NCBI RefSeq assembly: GCF_001949145.1
Contig: NW_019091361.1
Coordinates: 4,088,164-4,152,163 of the forward strand
Reading direction: 5' to 3'
Length of the DNA stretch: 64,000 nt
Source: Acanthaster planci
Taxonomy: Eukaryota
Shown here: positions 12,726-26,400 of the stretch, in pieces
Numbering within the stretch: position 1 is the first letter of the stretch
Layout: each line of letters opens with the position of its first letter
The notes under the pieces: model-generated
The model's database searches: none
What the model was told of the DNA's origin: nothing
What the model saw: only the letters and a program-made list of their open reading frames with translations
Translations under genes and position numbers: made by a program

Positions 12726-13186
12726 TAGGGTTGCACTACACCAAATACGCGCCCATAGAAAACAGTGCAAAAGCAGACCGAATGACCGCCGTCTGTTGAC
12801 TCTCGGAAAGACGTTGGCCTCCGTTTTTTTTACTGGAAATTCAAAATTATGGCCAGAAGATCACTTTTCATTTCATTTTTATGGGGGTTAGCTACGTGAA
12901 ACTTTTTGTTCGCCTTTCCCCGAAAATACCCCCCAAAATAGTAGTAAAACTATGTGCTCAGCTCTGAATGTAGCCGCCCGCCTCTATTCAAAACAGGCCC
13001 ACAATTTGGGGCTTTTTGTAAAAGAAATATCCCGAACTGGAAACTATCAGCCACACATTCAGGATTTATAGAAATATTTATATGATTCCTCCTGATTATG
13101 GCATGTCTTAATGTAAAAGCCCCATGGGATTACAAAGTAATGAGCTCGCGCGCAGAAATCCAACCATTTAGTGAAATGCACCCTTA
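12726..13186. mobile_element. Possible MITE between the two CGAC-rich arms
   Basis: Imperfect terminal inverted match tagggttgcactacaccaaat / atttagtgaaatgcaccctta. Confidence 0.3.
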
Positions 13187-13250
13187 GGGCCTACAAAATT
13201 TGATCATGAAAAATGGTATCTATAGGTATTGAACTTAACTCCGTCTCCAT

Positions 13251-13461
13251 GGGCGCCCCTATTTCCACCAGTAATAAGGCGACGGCGAGAGCATAATGCG
13301 ACGGCACAACGCCAAGGGGCGATGGCACGACGCGACGTCATGACGGCACAATACGATGGCACGACGCGACGTCATGACGGCACGATACGATGGCACGACG
13401 CGGCGCAAGGTTGTCCGCCACAGAACACCATAGAAATCCGCTATAAACAGACCATAGAAAT
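13251..13461. repeat. Diverged member of the CGAC-rich repeat family (opposite orientation to 12301-12650)
   Basis: Starts gggcgcccctatttccacc, resembling ggcgccctctataaacacc at 5107, followed by cacgacgcgacg/gacggcac arrays. Confidence 0.75.
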
Positions 13462-14636
13462 CAGTGCTACGACTTTGTCGAACATCAACCGTTCGAAGAT
13501 GTAATCTAATCCATCGCTGAAGGAAGGTTACCAAGCCCAATTCCCAAACCTCGGCTGCGTCTCATTGGGCTTCATTTTGGGCTAAACAGGCCGAGTCATT
13601 TTTTAAACAAGTTAGGCCTATGCACTGATAAAACACAAATTCCCAAAACTGTGGCCCCGTACGCTAGACCGTTCGCTGGTATTGTGGCCAAAAATGGATT
13701 TGCACTGAGTCTGACGGTCTCGTCTTTGGGGCACCAAATCTTTGAAATTGAAATCTGGAGGCGAACAGGCAACTGCAGAGTTTTAGAAGGAGAAAAGAAA
13801 AGAAGAAACATGGGCCTGAGCTTATAGAGCGTTATCCTTGGAGTGACCCGAGTTTAATCATCTAGACCTACACCGTCACATTCATGGCCTTTGGCTTCCA
13901 CGACAATAAACTTACACCAGTGTTCACAAATCACTCGCAGCGAGACACAGTTTTTTTAAGGAGCACGTTACGTTAGCATTAGTTTGAGCACTCAAAACCT
14001 GATATTCGTTGTTTTTTTTTAAAGTTCCTCAGTTTATTTACATCTAATTATCCCCGAACTGTTCCGAATAAATTGATCGCTTGACTGTGCGTTCTAACGA
14101 GTCTCAACACTGGTTTTTTTTTTCATGGCAATAGTGCAGTGAGGTGATAAATTGACGAGACTTTAACGGGATAACATCTTACGAGACTGACGAGCTTGAG
14201 ATTACATTGATAAATCAAGGTTGATATTCAGTAAAGATATATTGGCTGTACTATTCACTCTCATTTTCCATAGGGGTAGCACAGCACGACGAAAGTAACC
14301 TTTCATTGATTGGAAATGCATAAAAACAAAGCGAAATAAAAGGGAAAGGAATGTGTCTACCAGCAGCCGAATTGAGTACAGTGGCCCTGAGGGGACATAT
14401 ACTTCGAGGTAAATAATTCAACATTAGAAAGAGGAAGAGAAAAAGACTCAGGAAAAGGGGTTCCTAAACTTGTACGAAGAAAATCCGAAATCAGTACTGC
14501 TTGTGGTCTGTTCCACTCCACTTCAATGTTTCCCCCGATATAAAACGATTGCTTCATACAAATTTGACTTTTGATTTTCCCCCAAAATTTGTAAACAGAT
14601 TAACTCACTCGTGTACAGAACCAGGGATCAAACAAT

Positions 14637-16548
14637 ATGGCTGCTCGTCTACCTGTGCACATTACCTATCTGACCCTACTGGGGCTGGTGCTCTCAGCTG
14701 CCCTTGTCGGGGCACTTAAGCCAGGCGAGCTTCTAGACATGACGTATGTCTATGACAACGAAACCACCCTTCGCTGGCCAGGGGCTCCACCCTTCGAGCA
14801 GACGATTCTTTCGCGAGGTCCGACGCCCTCGATGCCCTGGTAAGATAACTTGTACATCGTTAACACCTGCTGCGTATGTTTTATCGATGAACTTCATAGT
14901 AGGCTTCCACGTTGAACCGTCCGACTGATGCGGTTAATTAATATCGATTCGTGTTAATACGTCACAGACACCACAAACTGACACTCACCTGCAAGTGGGT
15001 ATCAGTTCGAGAAAACCACGTTATCAACAATTTCGGTTTCACGAACTGACATCAGGTGGTGCGCACGCACATTGGACGCTGATGCGAAACAGACTGATTT
15101 TACCCACTCTCGTATAAATAATGCAACGCTGACAACAATGCTCCGAAAACTTTGACATGAATTTAAAAATTCAATAAAAAGTCGTTTTTAGTGGTGAAAT
15201 TAAGATCGTGAAAACCTGTGCTGCACTGTACTGGGTGCCAACGTGGTGTCGGTGACGAATAAATCACGGCGATTTTTTGAAATGTGGCCCATTTCAAGAT
15301 TGAGTTAGCCTGAAAAAATGTGTTTTAAGAGCGGTTCAGGAGAATGGATGCGACCAATGCCTGAGTAGTCTTGGCCCAAAAAATGATTGATAGTTGTTTT
15401 ATTTCTGTTGAAGAGCGCCCTCAGACAACTAGTTTTTACTTACTCTCATTAACAGTGCGAGCTGGCGCACAGTCTAATTATGAGTCGTTGGGGGCGCACT
15501 ATGCACGGTGTCCGCTATCAAGCACTAATGTCTTGAAACCAAGACTACTGCCTGAGCCGCAGAAGAGGGCATTATCAGCGTCTATTCCCGTGAGCCAGTC
15601 TTAAACTTTAGCTCATGTTGCACGTTGTTGAATAGGGAAACTGTCTGAGATGTTTATGAAGGTTAGTTAATTTGAAGTTCTTGAGTTTCATCAGTACATG
15701 TACATTCGTTACTGTGTGTATGCATGTTGATTCTATAAGAACGAGCGTTCAAAATATTCTGTTATTTGGACAATATTTGGCCAAGAGAGCCCCACCTCCT
15801 GTGTGTCTTGTCCTATCAAGACAAAAACCCAATCGTTATGTTTCAGTTTTGTAAAATAATCAACAGGTTAGAAATGAACAAAATCAGCACTGCAGAGCAT
15901 TTTGGCACACATCTGGATGCCCCGGCTCACACGGCTAAGGGTAAATGGCGCACCGACGAAATCCCCGTCGAGAACCTCATTGGTCCCGCTGTTCGAGTAG
16001 ACGTGTCTAGCAAAGCGAAAGCAGATGTTGACTACCGGCTGACACAGGCCGATCTGACCGAGTGGGTGTCTGCCAACGGACCAATCCCCGCCGGTGCTCT
16101 GCTCTTTGTCTATACCGGCTTCGGAGACTATTGGTCGGATCGGCTGCAGTATTTCGGCTACGCCGGCACCGATGATTACATAGACGCAGACGGTAAGTCT
16201 CTGCTACATTTTCCGGGCATCTCCGTGGAGGCTGCGACTTGGCTGGTGGAGAACACCAAAGTCACTGGCGTGGGTATCGACACAGCATCCCTAGATTTCG
16301 GACAGAGCTTGGCCTTCGAAGCTCACCAGGTTCTACTCACGAAGAACATCTTCGGCTTGGAGAACGTGGCCAACTTGGATCAGCTGCCAACCAAGGGCGC
16401 CACGGTGTACGCACTGCCCATGAAAATCTGGGACGGGAGCGGTGGTCCTGTGCGTATTATTGCCACTGGCGGATCTAGTCTGTTGCAGGTCGACTTTGCC
16501 GCCCTCTTACTGATTGGAATTTCTATGCTCTTGAAGACAGTTATTTAG
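14637..16548 (+). CDS. Cyclase family (KynB/isatin hydrolase-like) metallohydrolase, paralogue 2; signal peptide and GPI-like tail; exons 14637-14839 and 15867-16548, 294 aa
   Basis: Exon 1 MAARLPVHITYLTLLGLVLSAALVGA-LKPGELLDMTYVY; donor TG|gtaaga, acceptor aacag|G (same phase-2 Trp intron as paralogue 1). Motifs EHFGTHLDAPAH, GIDT, H(QVLL), GLENVANL, PMKIWDGSGGPVR. Tail ...TGGSSLLQVDFAALLLIGISMLLKTVI. Confidence 0.95.
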
Positions 16549-18557
16549 ACCGTTATTGAGGACGGCAAAATTCAAACTTCATTCAAAAATTTCGAATATC
16601 ACCTGCACACTGACGGCATAGAAGGTGTGATCTTCTTTTTATTAATTTTTCGCAGGACTATTATGTATCTACTAGAATACTTCACATTATATAATAGCAT
16701 AAACACTTTCACATTGATTGCCAGTCGGTATTGCTGAATTATTTTGATCAATGATGAGCTAAAAAATAGGAGACTCTGATATTCCTTAGAAGTAGACGAG
16801 GCAAAGAAATCGCTTACTTTGTTCCTCCATGCTCCGGGCCGAATCAGCGTGCTCCACATTTTCTCCAATATCCTCTCAGTGCCGAGTGTGGTTTTTTTTT
16901 CTCACGAACTATCCTGGTTGACACGTGCTCTACGCTTGCCGGCCTACATGCGAGTGCGGGCGTGAACTATAAAAACGACCGTAACCACAAAACCCCTCGA
17001 TCGTTGGATTATGCTAAAACTTTCCGGATGCACTCATAAAATGCAAACCAAGTTCCAAATAGATCAGGCGTAGCACAGTGGAAACCTTAAGTGGGCGGAT
17101 TCTTCCTTCTTCCCCAACTGTGGCATGTCTGGGGAGAGATAGTTCACTTAGGGACGAGAGGTTCCAAAATGATGAAGAAGTTTACTAATGATCAATGTCT
17201 GCATTCTGTTTCGCAGTTGCTGTAGGTTTTAGTGCACTTCCATGCTTTTTATGCTCTTCTTTGCGATGAGACTGGCTTACGGGCAATGACTAACGCCAAG
17301 CGAATTTGGTATTACGAAAAGGTTTGCACGTTTGAGGTGAAATAACTGCAGGGTTTTATTTTTCAATTTGCAGCGCGGATATTTTGATCTGATGTCAAAA
17401 ACTGATCTGATGTTCGCTTTCGCGAACCAAATCTCTCATGGCTCTTTTTGTATTTACCGTGAAACTTGTCACAATTGTCGGCTCCCTCGCTGCATGCAAT
17501 AGACCAACAAAGGCAACGTCCGAAGAGGCTCAGAAAGCTCGAAAATACTGCTCGAAATTTTATTTTGTGTGGTTTTCTGCTTGCAGTTTGCATTTTTTGC
17601 GAAATATGCATGTCAAAGAGCCGTCTTGTTATCTGCGAGGGCGTTTCAAGAACCACATTTTTCCGGGGAGGCAAATTTTGTTTTAAGGGCACCAAACAAC
17701 TTGGCGAGTTCTTCATTAACGTTGTAAGGCCTTTGTGGTGGGTATAGGGTTCAGTGTGAGGGCTTTTACATACCTTTGTGGTGAAGATGATATAATAACC
17801 AGTCTATACTTCATATTTCAAACGAAAAAGAAATGCCTCTTTGGGGTGGGGTATCCCCTGTTGCCCGCGCCCACCTCACACGATCCATTAGTTATTCTGA
17901 GTCGGGAATTCTTCTGCATGATGGTGTGGACGTTTGGCTTTTTACATTTGCATTTCCTGACAAATCTGCATGCCCCTGATAAGAAAAAAATGCAACCAGC
18001 AAAGTCAATAACAGCTTTCACTGTGCGTGTTATTATGGTAGTGCAAGTAGTTGGACACGTCTACAAGTTAGTAGTTCTTAGACACACTTGAATTACGGTG
18101 AACGAGTGTGGCCGTCCCCCCTTTTGAAATAACAGCCACAAGTTTCATCCACAAATGCAACTTTTTCGTCAGAAGCCTAGTAACGAATCCATATTTTGCT
18201 CATGAGTTGGTTTTATCATACAATAGAATTTCGAAAAGGAAGAAAAATACTCGTAAAGTCAGTTTCGATATCGTATATATTATCCTGGCGTGAAAAAGGT
18301 CCAAACAACAAATATTTGGTTCTTTGCATTTTCAATTTGTCATCCCAAGAGCTTTGAATGAAGCCATAGTTCAGCACTTATATTTTGCAGTGTTTTTTCA
18401 ATTGTAGACCGTAAACCTGTGGTCAAATTACATAAAAGTGAATTTTAAACTGAACTTTAGTTTGAAGGAAAAGGGCCTCCACAAGAATGCTTTAATAAAA
18501 TCGCCCATCTTTGCTGCTGAGGTCAATTTTATCATTGTGTAAGTCTCTTTGTCTTGT

Positions 18558-18620
18558 GTGGATCGCCAACATTCGATTGCCCAGAAAGAGTGGATCGCCA
18601 ACAATCAATGCCCAGAAAGA
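18558..18620. repeat. ~32-bp tandem duplication
   Basis: gtggatcgccaacattcgattgcccagaaaga followed by gtggatcgccaacaatcaatgcccagaaaga. Confidence 0.85.
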
Positions 18621-18871
18621 CCTTCAAATTAATCACACAATAACTCTGAACAAATCTGAAGTGGCCAAAAATTAACCAAAACTAAAATGATCCTGGCTGT
18701 TTATTGTCATTAAATGATATTCAAAAAAGGAGAATCCTCTGTTCCCGTTTTTGAGGAATTGGTTTCAAGGATGACTGAGGGCGCCATTCAACATTGCCTG
18801 TTATCCTTTGTAAAACAAATTAGGGAAACTGACGAGGTGCTTATAAATGATTATAAAGATGAACAAAAAAT

Positions 18872-18944
18872 TGGCTGGAGCGGTTTTGAACCTACGGCCT
18901 CCAGAATACAGTACCGATGCTCTACCAACTGAGCAATCCAGCCC
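18872..18944 (-). pseudogene. tRNA-derived sequence (pseudo-tRNA / SINE head)
   Basis: Minus strand gggctggattgctcagttggtagagcatcggtactgtattctggaggccgtaggttcaaaaccgctccagcca followed by a T run. Acceptor stem and D-arm (gctc/gagc) pair and A- and B-box-like motifs are present, but the anticodon and T stems are mismatched. Confidence 0.7.
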
Positions 18945-19660
18945 TGTGTTGGTGGCTAGCGCCCCCGAACAAAGATATTGACAATTGGACTTTGGTTTCA
19001 ACCCCCTTCCCCCATGAGTAGTGTCCAACTAAAATTACATTTTTGTCAAAAAAAATGCGAATGTTTCAAAATGCTATTTTTTTTCAGTCAGAATAAAATA
19101 AGTACCGGTAACGTCGGACAGTGTTACATTTTAATAAGGTTGCACAGAACATGTTTCTAAGTTGAATTTACGGCATATTTGGAGGCAAAGGGGCTAAGTG
19201 CAATATTTCTTTAATTTTTCAATTTCTGAAGCAAGTCTTTTAAGTTGTAAAGCTACTTGGCACTACCTATGCCCACTACAATTGTGATTTGATGTAAAAA
19301 GGGGGGGGGGGAATATATCCGTCCACAACAGAAACGCTTTTCAGCCCAGCGATTACAGAGTGCACTTGATCATGTGCTCTCGACTGAAGGTCACGATGAC
19401 GTAGCGTGTGCAGGTTTATGTGTTATGTTGCCGCCGCCTACATATTTACAGCGCGCAGCGCGTCGGTGCATGCAATGCAATCAATCTCTTCCGCTAGCGC
19501 TGTACATGTACGTACATGTTGGTACGTGGATTATGTTTTCATCATTTTGTGCCGACCAAAGATAGCCTTTTCCCAGCACCCAAAACGTTATTTCGGCAAT
19601 CCTACATTTTAGTGAGGTTATCAGTCAGGTGTCGGTCAACACTTGGTGCTTCCACCAGCT

Positions 19661-19753
19661 ATGTCCGGCCGTCTGCGATCGTCCACTCAGTCTGCTGGTT
19701 CGACTGCTGGCTCGTGCGGCAAACATGATTCTGCTTCGCCACCTCGTTCACAG
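19661..19753 (+). CDS. Putative first coding exon of the ankyrin-WGR PARP gene (MSGRLRSSTQSAGSTAGSCGKHDSASPPRSQ)
   Basis: ATG followed by 31 codons ending at a consensus donor CAG|gtaagt (phase 0), in frame with the exon at 27545. Lies in a CpG-rich promoter-like context (~19400-19760). Confidence 0.5.
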
Positions 19754-20564
19754 GTAAGTGGGCGTATTCATTATTTAATGTACATGTACATGGGTGGACT
19801 ATTTCCAACCTCGAACGTGGTCGAATCTTGCCTTGCCCTTCATTTGTATTAATCTTTTAAGCCTCTCAAAATTCAGCAATGCAATTTCATGTTTTTTCCA
19901 AACATCGTTGGCCAACTATTTCGCCTTAATGGATGTCCATGCAATCTGTTCTTTTTGTGCACCGTTAGTGTAACGTTCCAAGTGCCCTATTAACACATTA
20001 TGTTAAATTTATTTTAGGTTGTTTAACGTTAGGTCTTGTGAATGTGACTGTTGGAAAGAAAAACATGGCAGGAAATCATGGTTTCCCTCACAATTCTCAT
20101 GACATATTTATTTCTCAAGAGCCACGATGCAGACATCCATTGCTTGGCTATTCATTGTGCTTCTATCGCACCCGACTTGATGCATGTCCCTACGACATGC
20201 TTGTACTTGTCACAGACTCACTGGCCCAGCGCGCGACGTCTGCTTATTTTTGCAGTGACGCACGTCGCGTGCATCTTCACAGTTCCAATGTACCATGACT
20301 GTCCCATTAGCAGTGTGTATTGTGTCACTTACCTGCACTGCATTGGGAATTTTCATACGAAGTTGTACTAGCAAAGGCATATTGTCTTAACCCTCTTGCT
20401 TGTGAATCGATTATTTAAATAGACGTGGTCCAGTTAGACCTAAGCAGCATATACATGTAACAGGCTGCTTAAACCCCACCCCTTAAGATGCATAATTAAT
20501 TTGGCACACATGCTATGCGCGTGCTTCGGTTTGTAATACGCATGCGCTCCTGTTGTACGTACAG

Positions 20565-21409
20565 TATAGAGCCTGAAAGTTGACCCCTGATATCGCGCTT
20601 CCGGAACCCTTGGATAGAAAAAAGTGCAAAGATTTTAGAATCATATTTTTCCGTTCAGTTATTTCTTTAAAAATCCAACTGGGAAAAGGGGCTTTGGAAA
20701 ATATTTGCTAGTATATCAATTTATAGAAACTGAAAAATCACCTGACCTAAAAGAGAAATATCCTGCCACAAATTGACCCATCACTTCCGAAAATTTAAAA
20801 TACACGAAGCTTAAGAACAGTGCAATGAGGCAGTTTCGTACGCAGATGAACATTTACGGTCTGTCGGTAAAAGCCGAAAGAAAAACAGATCAAAATGTTT
20901 CACACAGTTAAAATTATAATTGATAAGGTCATAAATTTAAAGCAATATTCTACTTTTACAAAGATTCAAATATTTTATCTAACCTTTGCTGACAACAACT
21001 GCGTAATGCCAACTCAACGAAATCTGGAACCCACCGACTACAGGTGGGTAAATCTTTGTAACGTTTACAGTCTCGTTTTCCCGTTAGTACGGGCAGTGGA
21101 AACAATGAACAAGAAGAACAATGCATGAACAAGGAGGCCTAGGTATGCCTACGATATCGCCGGACGTGAAAGGTCGTAAATAGAATTCGTTTCTTACCCA
21201 TCTCCATGTGATTTTCCTAAACATTACTTGAGGAAGACAAAGGTAAAATTCCAACATGAGTGTTTCATGGGGTGGTTTCAGTGAGGAATTATTCTTCCAA
21301 AAATTATCGAGCGTGATAGGGCGGCCCAATGTAAAATCCCCACAGGCGGACTCCGCTTGGCAAGGGTTCCGGAAGCTCGCTGCGTGACCTTTTACTTTCG
21401 GGCTCTATA
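20565..21409. mobile_element. ~840-bp non-autonomous TIR DNA transposon (MITE), copy 1
   Basis: Ends tatagagcctgaaagt...gcttccggaacccttg / caagggttccggaagc...actttcgggctctata (TA at both ends); colinear homologous copy at 56531-57367. Confidence 0.9.
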
Positions 21410-23238
21410 CCTGCAAGGAGTTGCAGTTGCAACCTGAATATTCACATTGACACCAGCGGTGGATTTTACTTCACTCTATTTTTTATTCCAAAAAGTCGGA
21501 ATATATAAGCCTCGCTAGGAGGGGGCTGCTGAAGGGAAGAGCAGTATCGAATTTTGTACTGATATCGCGTGCGGGGATTTATTTTTCTAAAACGACTGTT
21601 TTATTTCTTCGGGAATGAGGGTTTCTAATCCTTTTTTTCATCCCCAAAGGAAGGTACTGGCACCAATATCAAGTGTTAGCGCTTTCAAAAGGTAACATGC
21701 CCCTGGGGACAAGTTCAACTCCCCATCCCCTTTCCCGTTGGGTACTCCCAAAGTGGGTCAGCTCTCGACAGTGTGACGAGAAATTAATGGTCTGTGGAGG
21801 CTAGCGATGTTCTTTCCCTTCTTTCTTTCTTTCCGTTTTTCTTCATTTGGAAATTGTTTCTCTTTCCCCCGAGGGTGGAAGCACCCCTCAACCATTAGTA
21901 CGAATCGAGGGAAGGGTATGACACCATACCCCTTCGCACTTTTGAGGAAGTTGGGATTTGGCAATCTGGTGCGTAACAGAAAGTACGTAGCCTAGGTCAT
22001 TGGCCAATTTAAATATCAATGAAATGAGAAGCCGGCAAACAGGACACACAGTTTTACAGTTGCTGCTTTTTTTCATCTTTAAACTCTTTATATGATAGAC
22101 ACACTGCAGTACCACCTCGCCCCCTACTTTTCAAAATTTACGGCTGTGTTCATCTTGAGGATTTGTCACCTGGCATTGTCCAGTTGTCGACATGCATAAG
22201 GCCTATTCACCACTGCCCCCAACCACCACACCCCCGGCTGCGCCATTGAACATTTTAGGGTATCTGTCATAGTTCAGTTTCCTTCCAATGACTATGTAAA
22301 AATTTCAGAGGTTAACACAAAACTGATCACTCCACGAATAGTCCCTGCTCACTGTGTCAAATCACCGATTAGACTCTAGGCAGTCTCCTCCGTAAAAAAA
22401 AATAAACGAATAAAACGCAAACAAAATGGGGCAAGTTCTGTAGGTCAAATTGTCTGTGAGAAAAATCCGATCGACGAAGGTGTTCACTTCTTCAGCTCTC
22501 ACATCACACTATCACATATAGAACTACTGCAAAAATGTAAATTACCTTGCGGATTGCCGTTTCATTGTTACTTTTTGGTTACACTGGCGGCACCATGATT
22601 CCTCTGCATGGTGCCCAAAGTGGGAACATAAGAAGGAAGACCAGTAAAAGGTTGATCATTAAAAATGGTTGTTTTCCCTCCCTATGACAGCTAAACCCGC
22701 TTCACCAAACCCCAGGGTAAGTAGTCGCTGCGTGGCACCACACTTGGCCGCTCAATGTTACAAGAGAGCTTCATTTCCAAAGTTTCAGATTTGTGTAGTG
22801 CAGAACACCTCTACCGAATATCCCAGCCGTTGGCATGATGCTGATACCCGAGTGGTAACTGCATACATTCAAGTTGCCGAACGGTTCTGATTATTATTAA
22901 TACATTCAGCCATGGGCGTAAATCCCTGGGTGGGGACAGGGGATAATATCCCCCAGTTTTGGGACCCCCCTCAGTTTTTGTGCCAAGCAGAAATAGCAGT
23001 GCTTATTATCACCCTCGTGAAATCAGTTAAGAGACAAAAGTAATAAAAAGACAACTCACTAGTACTTTCAGCAGAAAATCTGGTTTTCGTTTCAGTGAAA
23101 ATGGACGGATTACACGATAAGATTTCAGTGTTATCATTAAGATGACTTTCAATCCAACTTTCAGCCATTTCAGTTAGTATCGATTTGAGGAGCTAACCAC
23201 ACATTCATGTTACACGTCGTAAACTGCACTAGTAGCCT

Positions 23239-23432
23239 ATCCGGTTCTTGACTTTGTCATACACACGAACGCAAAACGATTTGCAGGCTCCCATTGGACG
23301 ATCACTAAAGATACGCGTTAACTTCCAGTTCCATGTATTAATTAAAACGGCGATCAGTAACTCTATGTGCATGCAGAGTAAGTGTAGTTGGCGTGGTTTA
23401 AACTGAAGTGACGTCACACTTGCGGACCGGAT
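23239..23432. mobile_element. ~200-bp MITE, copy 2 (homologous to 5792-5988)
   Basis: atccgg...aacgatttgcaggct...ggcgtggtttaaactgaagtgacgtcacacttgcggaccggat; same orientation as the first copy. Confidence 0.85.
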
Positions 23433-26400
23433 TATAAAAGGGAGAAATGGGAAAAATGGGAAAAAATAACATTATTTAAGCATACATTTTTGGTTTGATT
23501 TAATATGATACATTGACACAATACCAAGAAATTTCTAATAGCATTGGTGAAATGCACCAATCCTTCGAAATTCAGTGTCATGGGGGAGATTTAGTAGACA
23601 GCTTTCCTCAATAAGTCTCATATGCTTCAGGATGGATCGGGGGGGGGGGAACCGGAGTATCCCCCCATCCATAAAAAGACGCTTGTTATTTTTTAAACTA
23701 ATGAAAGAAAGGCGAATAGGGGTGTGTTTCGTTTACATTTCTTCGGTATCATAAGGCCTGACATATGTAGCCTCACCCCTCAGAAAGGATATTACATGAC
23801 ATTACACGAAAACTTATCTGCCTTTATGCCCCTGTCCCCGGCCCCCAAACCCCACAAAGTTTCGCTCCTCCAAAACTTGGGTCCTGGACCCGCTGTTTCA
23901 TGCGCTTCCAGTTCAAGTTAGTCGCTTTACCGAGTCGCTAAATTCCCCCACAGCATCAGAACGTTAAACCGCCTGTTTAAATTTTGGACGCGTCATGTCA
24001 GTGCCCTTCCGCTGACCACTATACTAGTAATATCGTTTTACAAAATTTATCATCATCACCAAGGTTGTCCTTTTATCCCCATCATTCGATCAACAGCAGG
24101 AAAATTTTAATCAATCGACACAGAGACTGCATGGGTGTACCGTTCCATATGTGCGCACTTGTGCAGACACGTAAAAAGACATGATACATGATACACACAC
24201 ATAAAAAATGTACATGTTATGCATGACATACATGTACATGTACATGTACAATAGGGGAACAAAACATACGGCCGCGGGAGACATGCCGAGAGGGTGGATC
24301 AGCATAATTTAGTGCACAAACGAGCGTCGCGCGTCGCGTCGGCAGGCTGACCTGGAATCGGGGTCAAGGTATTCTTCGGATCGGTTTTCATAGACGGACA
24401 CGATGGGTGACGCTTGAAGCATTTAAAATTTCACGGCCCACGCCTAATCGCAAAACGGACGTGCCAAAAGTTTAGTGGTCATGCGGAAATATGTAAATAT
24501 CAATTTTTTCGTCAGTTCCATATGACTGTATTTTGTAAAGAAAGAAAACAATGACGCTTACAATAGACTTCATAGATGCATTCTGGTTGTTATTTCTATT
24601 TATTGAAATTTATGTTCTAAGCAAACACAATGTTCATGTTGTTATCGCAGACCTAAATATTGATGTCAATGTTCTTTTCTTTCTCTGTTACTTATTTTTG
24701 TTTGTTTGTTACGTCCACCTTAAGAAATGTCTAACCGAAGCCAATATTGCTTGATTGATTTTGATCTTATGAGTAAATTTTATTTGCTCTGTGTAAATAG
24801 ATGTCAAGATTGCAAAACTCCTTGAGGTTTGTTTGGCAAAACTTATTTTTGTTGCCTATTTATGAACTCGTAGAATACTCCTCACTGTAAAGAAACTAAC
24901 CTCCACCCCCCCAAAAAAATCCCCCATCCAGCACAGAATGACAAGCATATAATTTTAATGGTAATACAAAGGGCCAATCCATTTACATACGGGTATTAAT
25001 ACTTTAATCAATCTATGCTTTGATTTGGCAGACAAAGTGTAAACAAACTGAATGTTTGAACTATACGAAATAATGAGAACAAAGAATATCGAATTCTTAA
25101 CATTGTTTTGAAATAAATATTGGCAAATAAACGCCTTTACAGAAATGCCACACACATCATTTTTACGCCCCTCCCAGCGTCTAATTGAAAGTTTAATGCT
25201 TCAATAGTAAATTGTGTATCATTCAAACGTATCCGAATTTGCTCAATGTGGATGCTTGTGCTGCACGAGTAGAGGTAGGTCATTATTATTTACACACGAT
25301 CAAATTATTTTCCAAATAGGCCTAGATTTGGATGAGGCATTTTTATGAGGCAGCAGAAAATCCAAAGATTGTGTTGAAAAATACAATTGAATGACGTGCA
25401 GCAAATGCAAAATGGTTCGATCTACTCACAACGTTCGTACTTAGTCGTAGATAGACGTAGTGCATGTTTTGTAGGCCGTGATTAAAAATTCGGTCGTGTA
25501 TTCGCCGTCTATTTCCGACACCTGTGGTCTTCACGCAAAAACACCAGAGGTTTACAAGGCCTGAGAGATCGAGATAGAATCGTATTTCACCCGTTTTCCC
25601 AAAATCATCGATGCACAAATTTATCATGTAAAGCCTAAGCGTGTAGTCTGGCTTGGTTTGTCGCCTGACACAACCTCGGTGTTTGTGTTCGCCTCTAAAG
25701 TCTGGAAAATCCCCTAAAATACCTACCCCAAGGCAGTAACGTTAGTCATGTTAAATTGTTATTGTTAGGCTCCAGTATTGTTTGTTATGATATTATGTAA
25801 CTCACCATACCTAGCCTCATAGGCATAAATGACTGGTTTGTGTTACTGTTCTGGAATGCTTTTGTGAGCCTGAGGTGACAAGTAGAATGGATTGTTTCAC
25901 CTTTCTGTCTAGTCTCCAAATGAAATAAGTCTTCCAAATGCACGAATGAGAACATCTTTTCTTTCCTACAATTATTAGTATTTCATTCATGCCAACAGTG
26001 CACATCACAAAGGGATGGGCATAGGAAAGATAAAAGTAATAAAATCACTGGAGTCAAAAGACTTGTCTCCCCACATCCAGTTATGAGAAAAAAACTATTT
26101 AAAAATATATATATAAATATATAGGCCTACATGTGTAAATGCAAATACATTGTATGTACGTACATGGGTAAAAAAGACCCTGACATTTTAAGTATTGTTA
26201 ACAACAACAATAATTATTTTTAAAAAAGGCAATAATTAATCATTAAAAAGGACACCCAATATCTAAGACAAAGGACATACAAGTAACAAAACAGTAACTG
26301 ACGAAAAATAGATGATACTTCCCAGTTTAAAATTAACAAATTATGCATTAACACATGAGATAAACGACATGAGATAACAAGTGTGTAAATACATGTAAAG

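Noticed and set aside
18872..18944. Functional tRNA gene
   Set aside because: Anticodon and T stems do not pair; treated as a tRNA-derived repeat.
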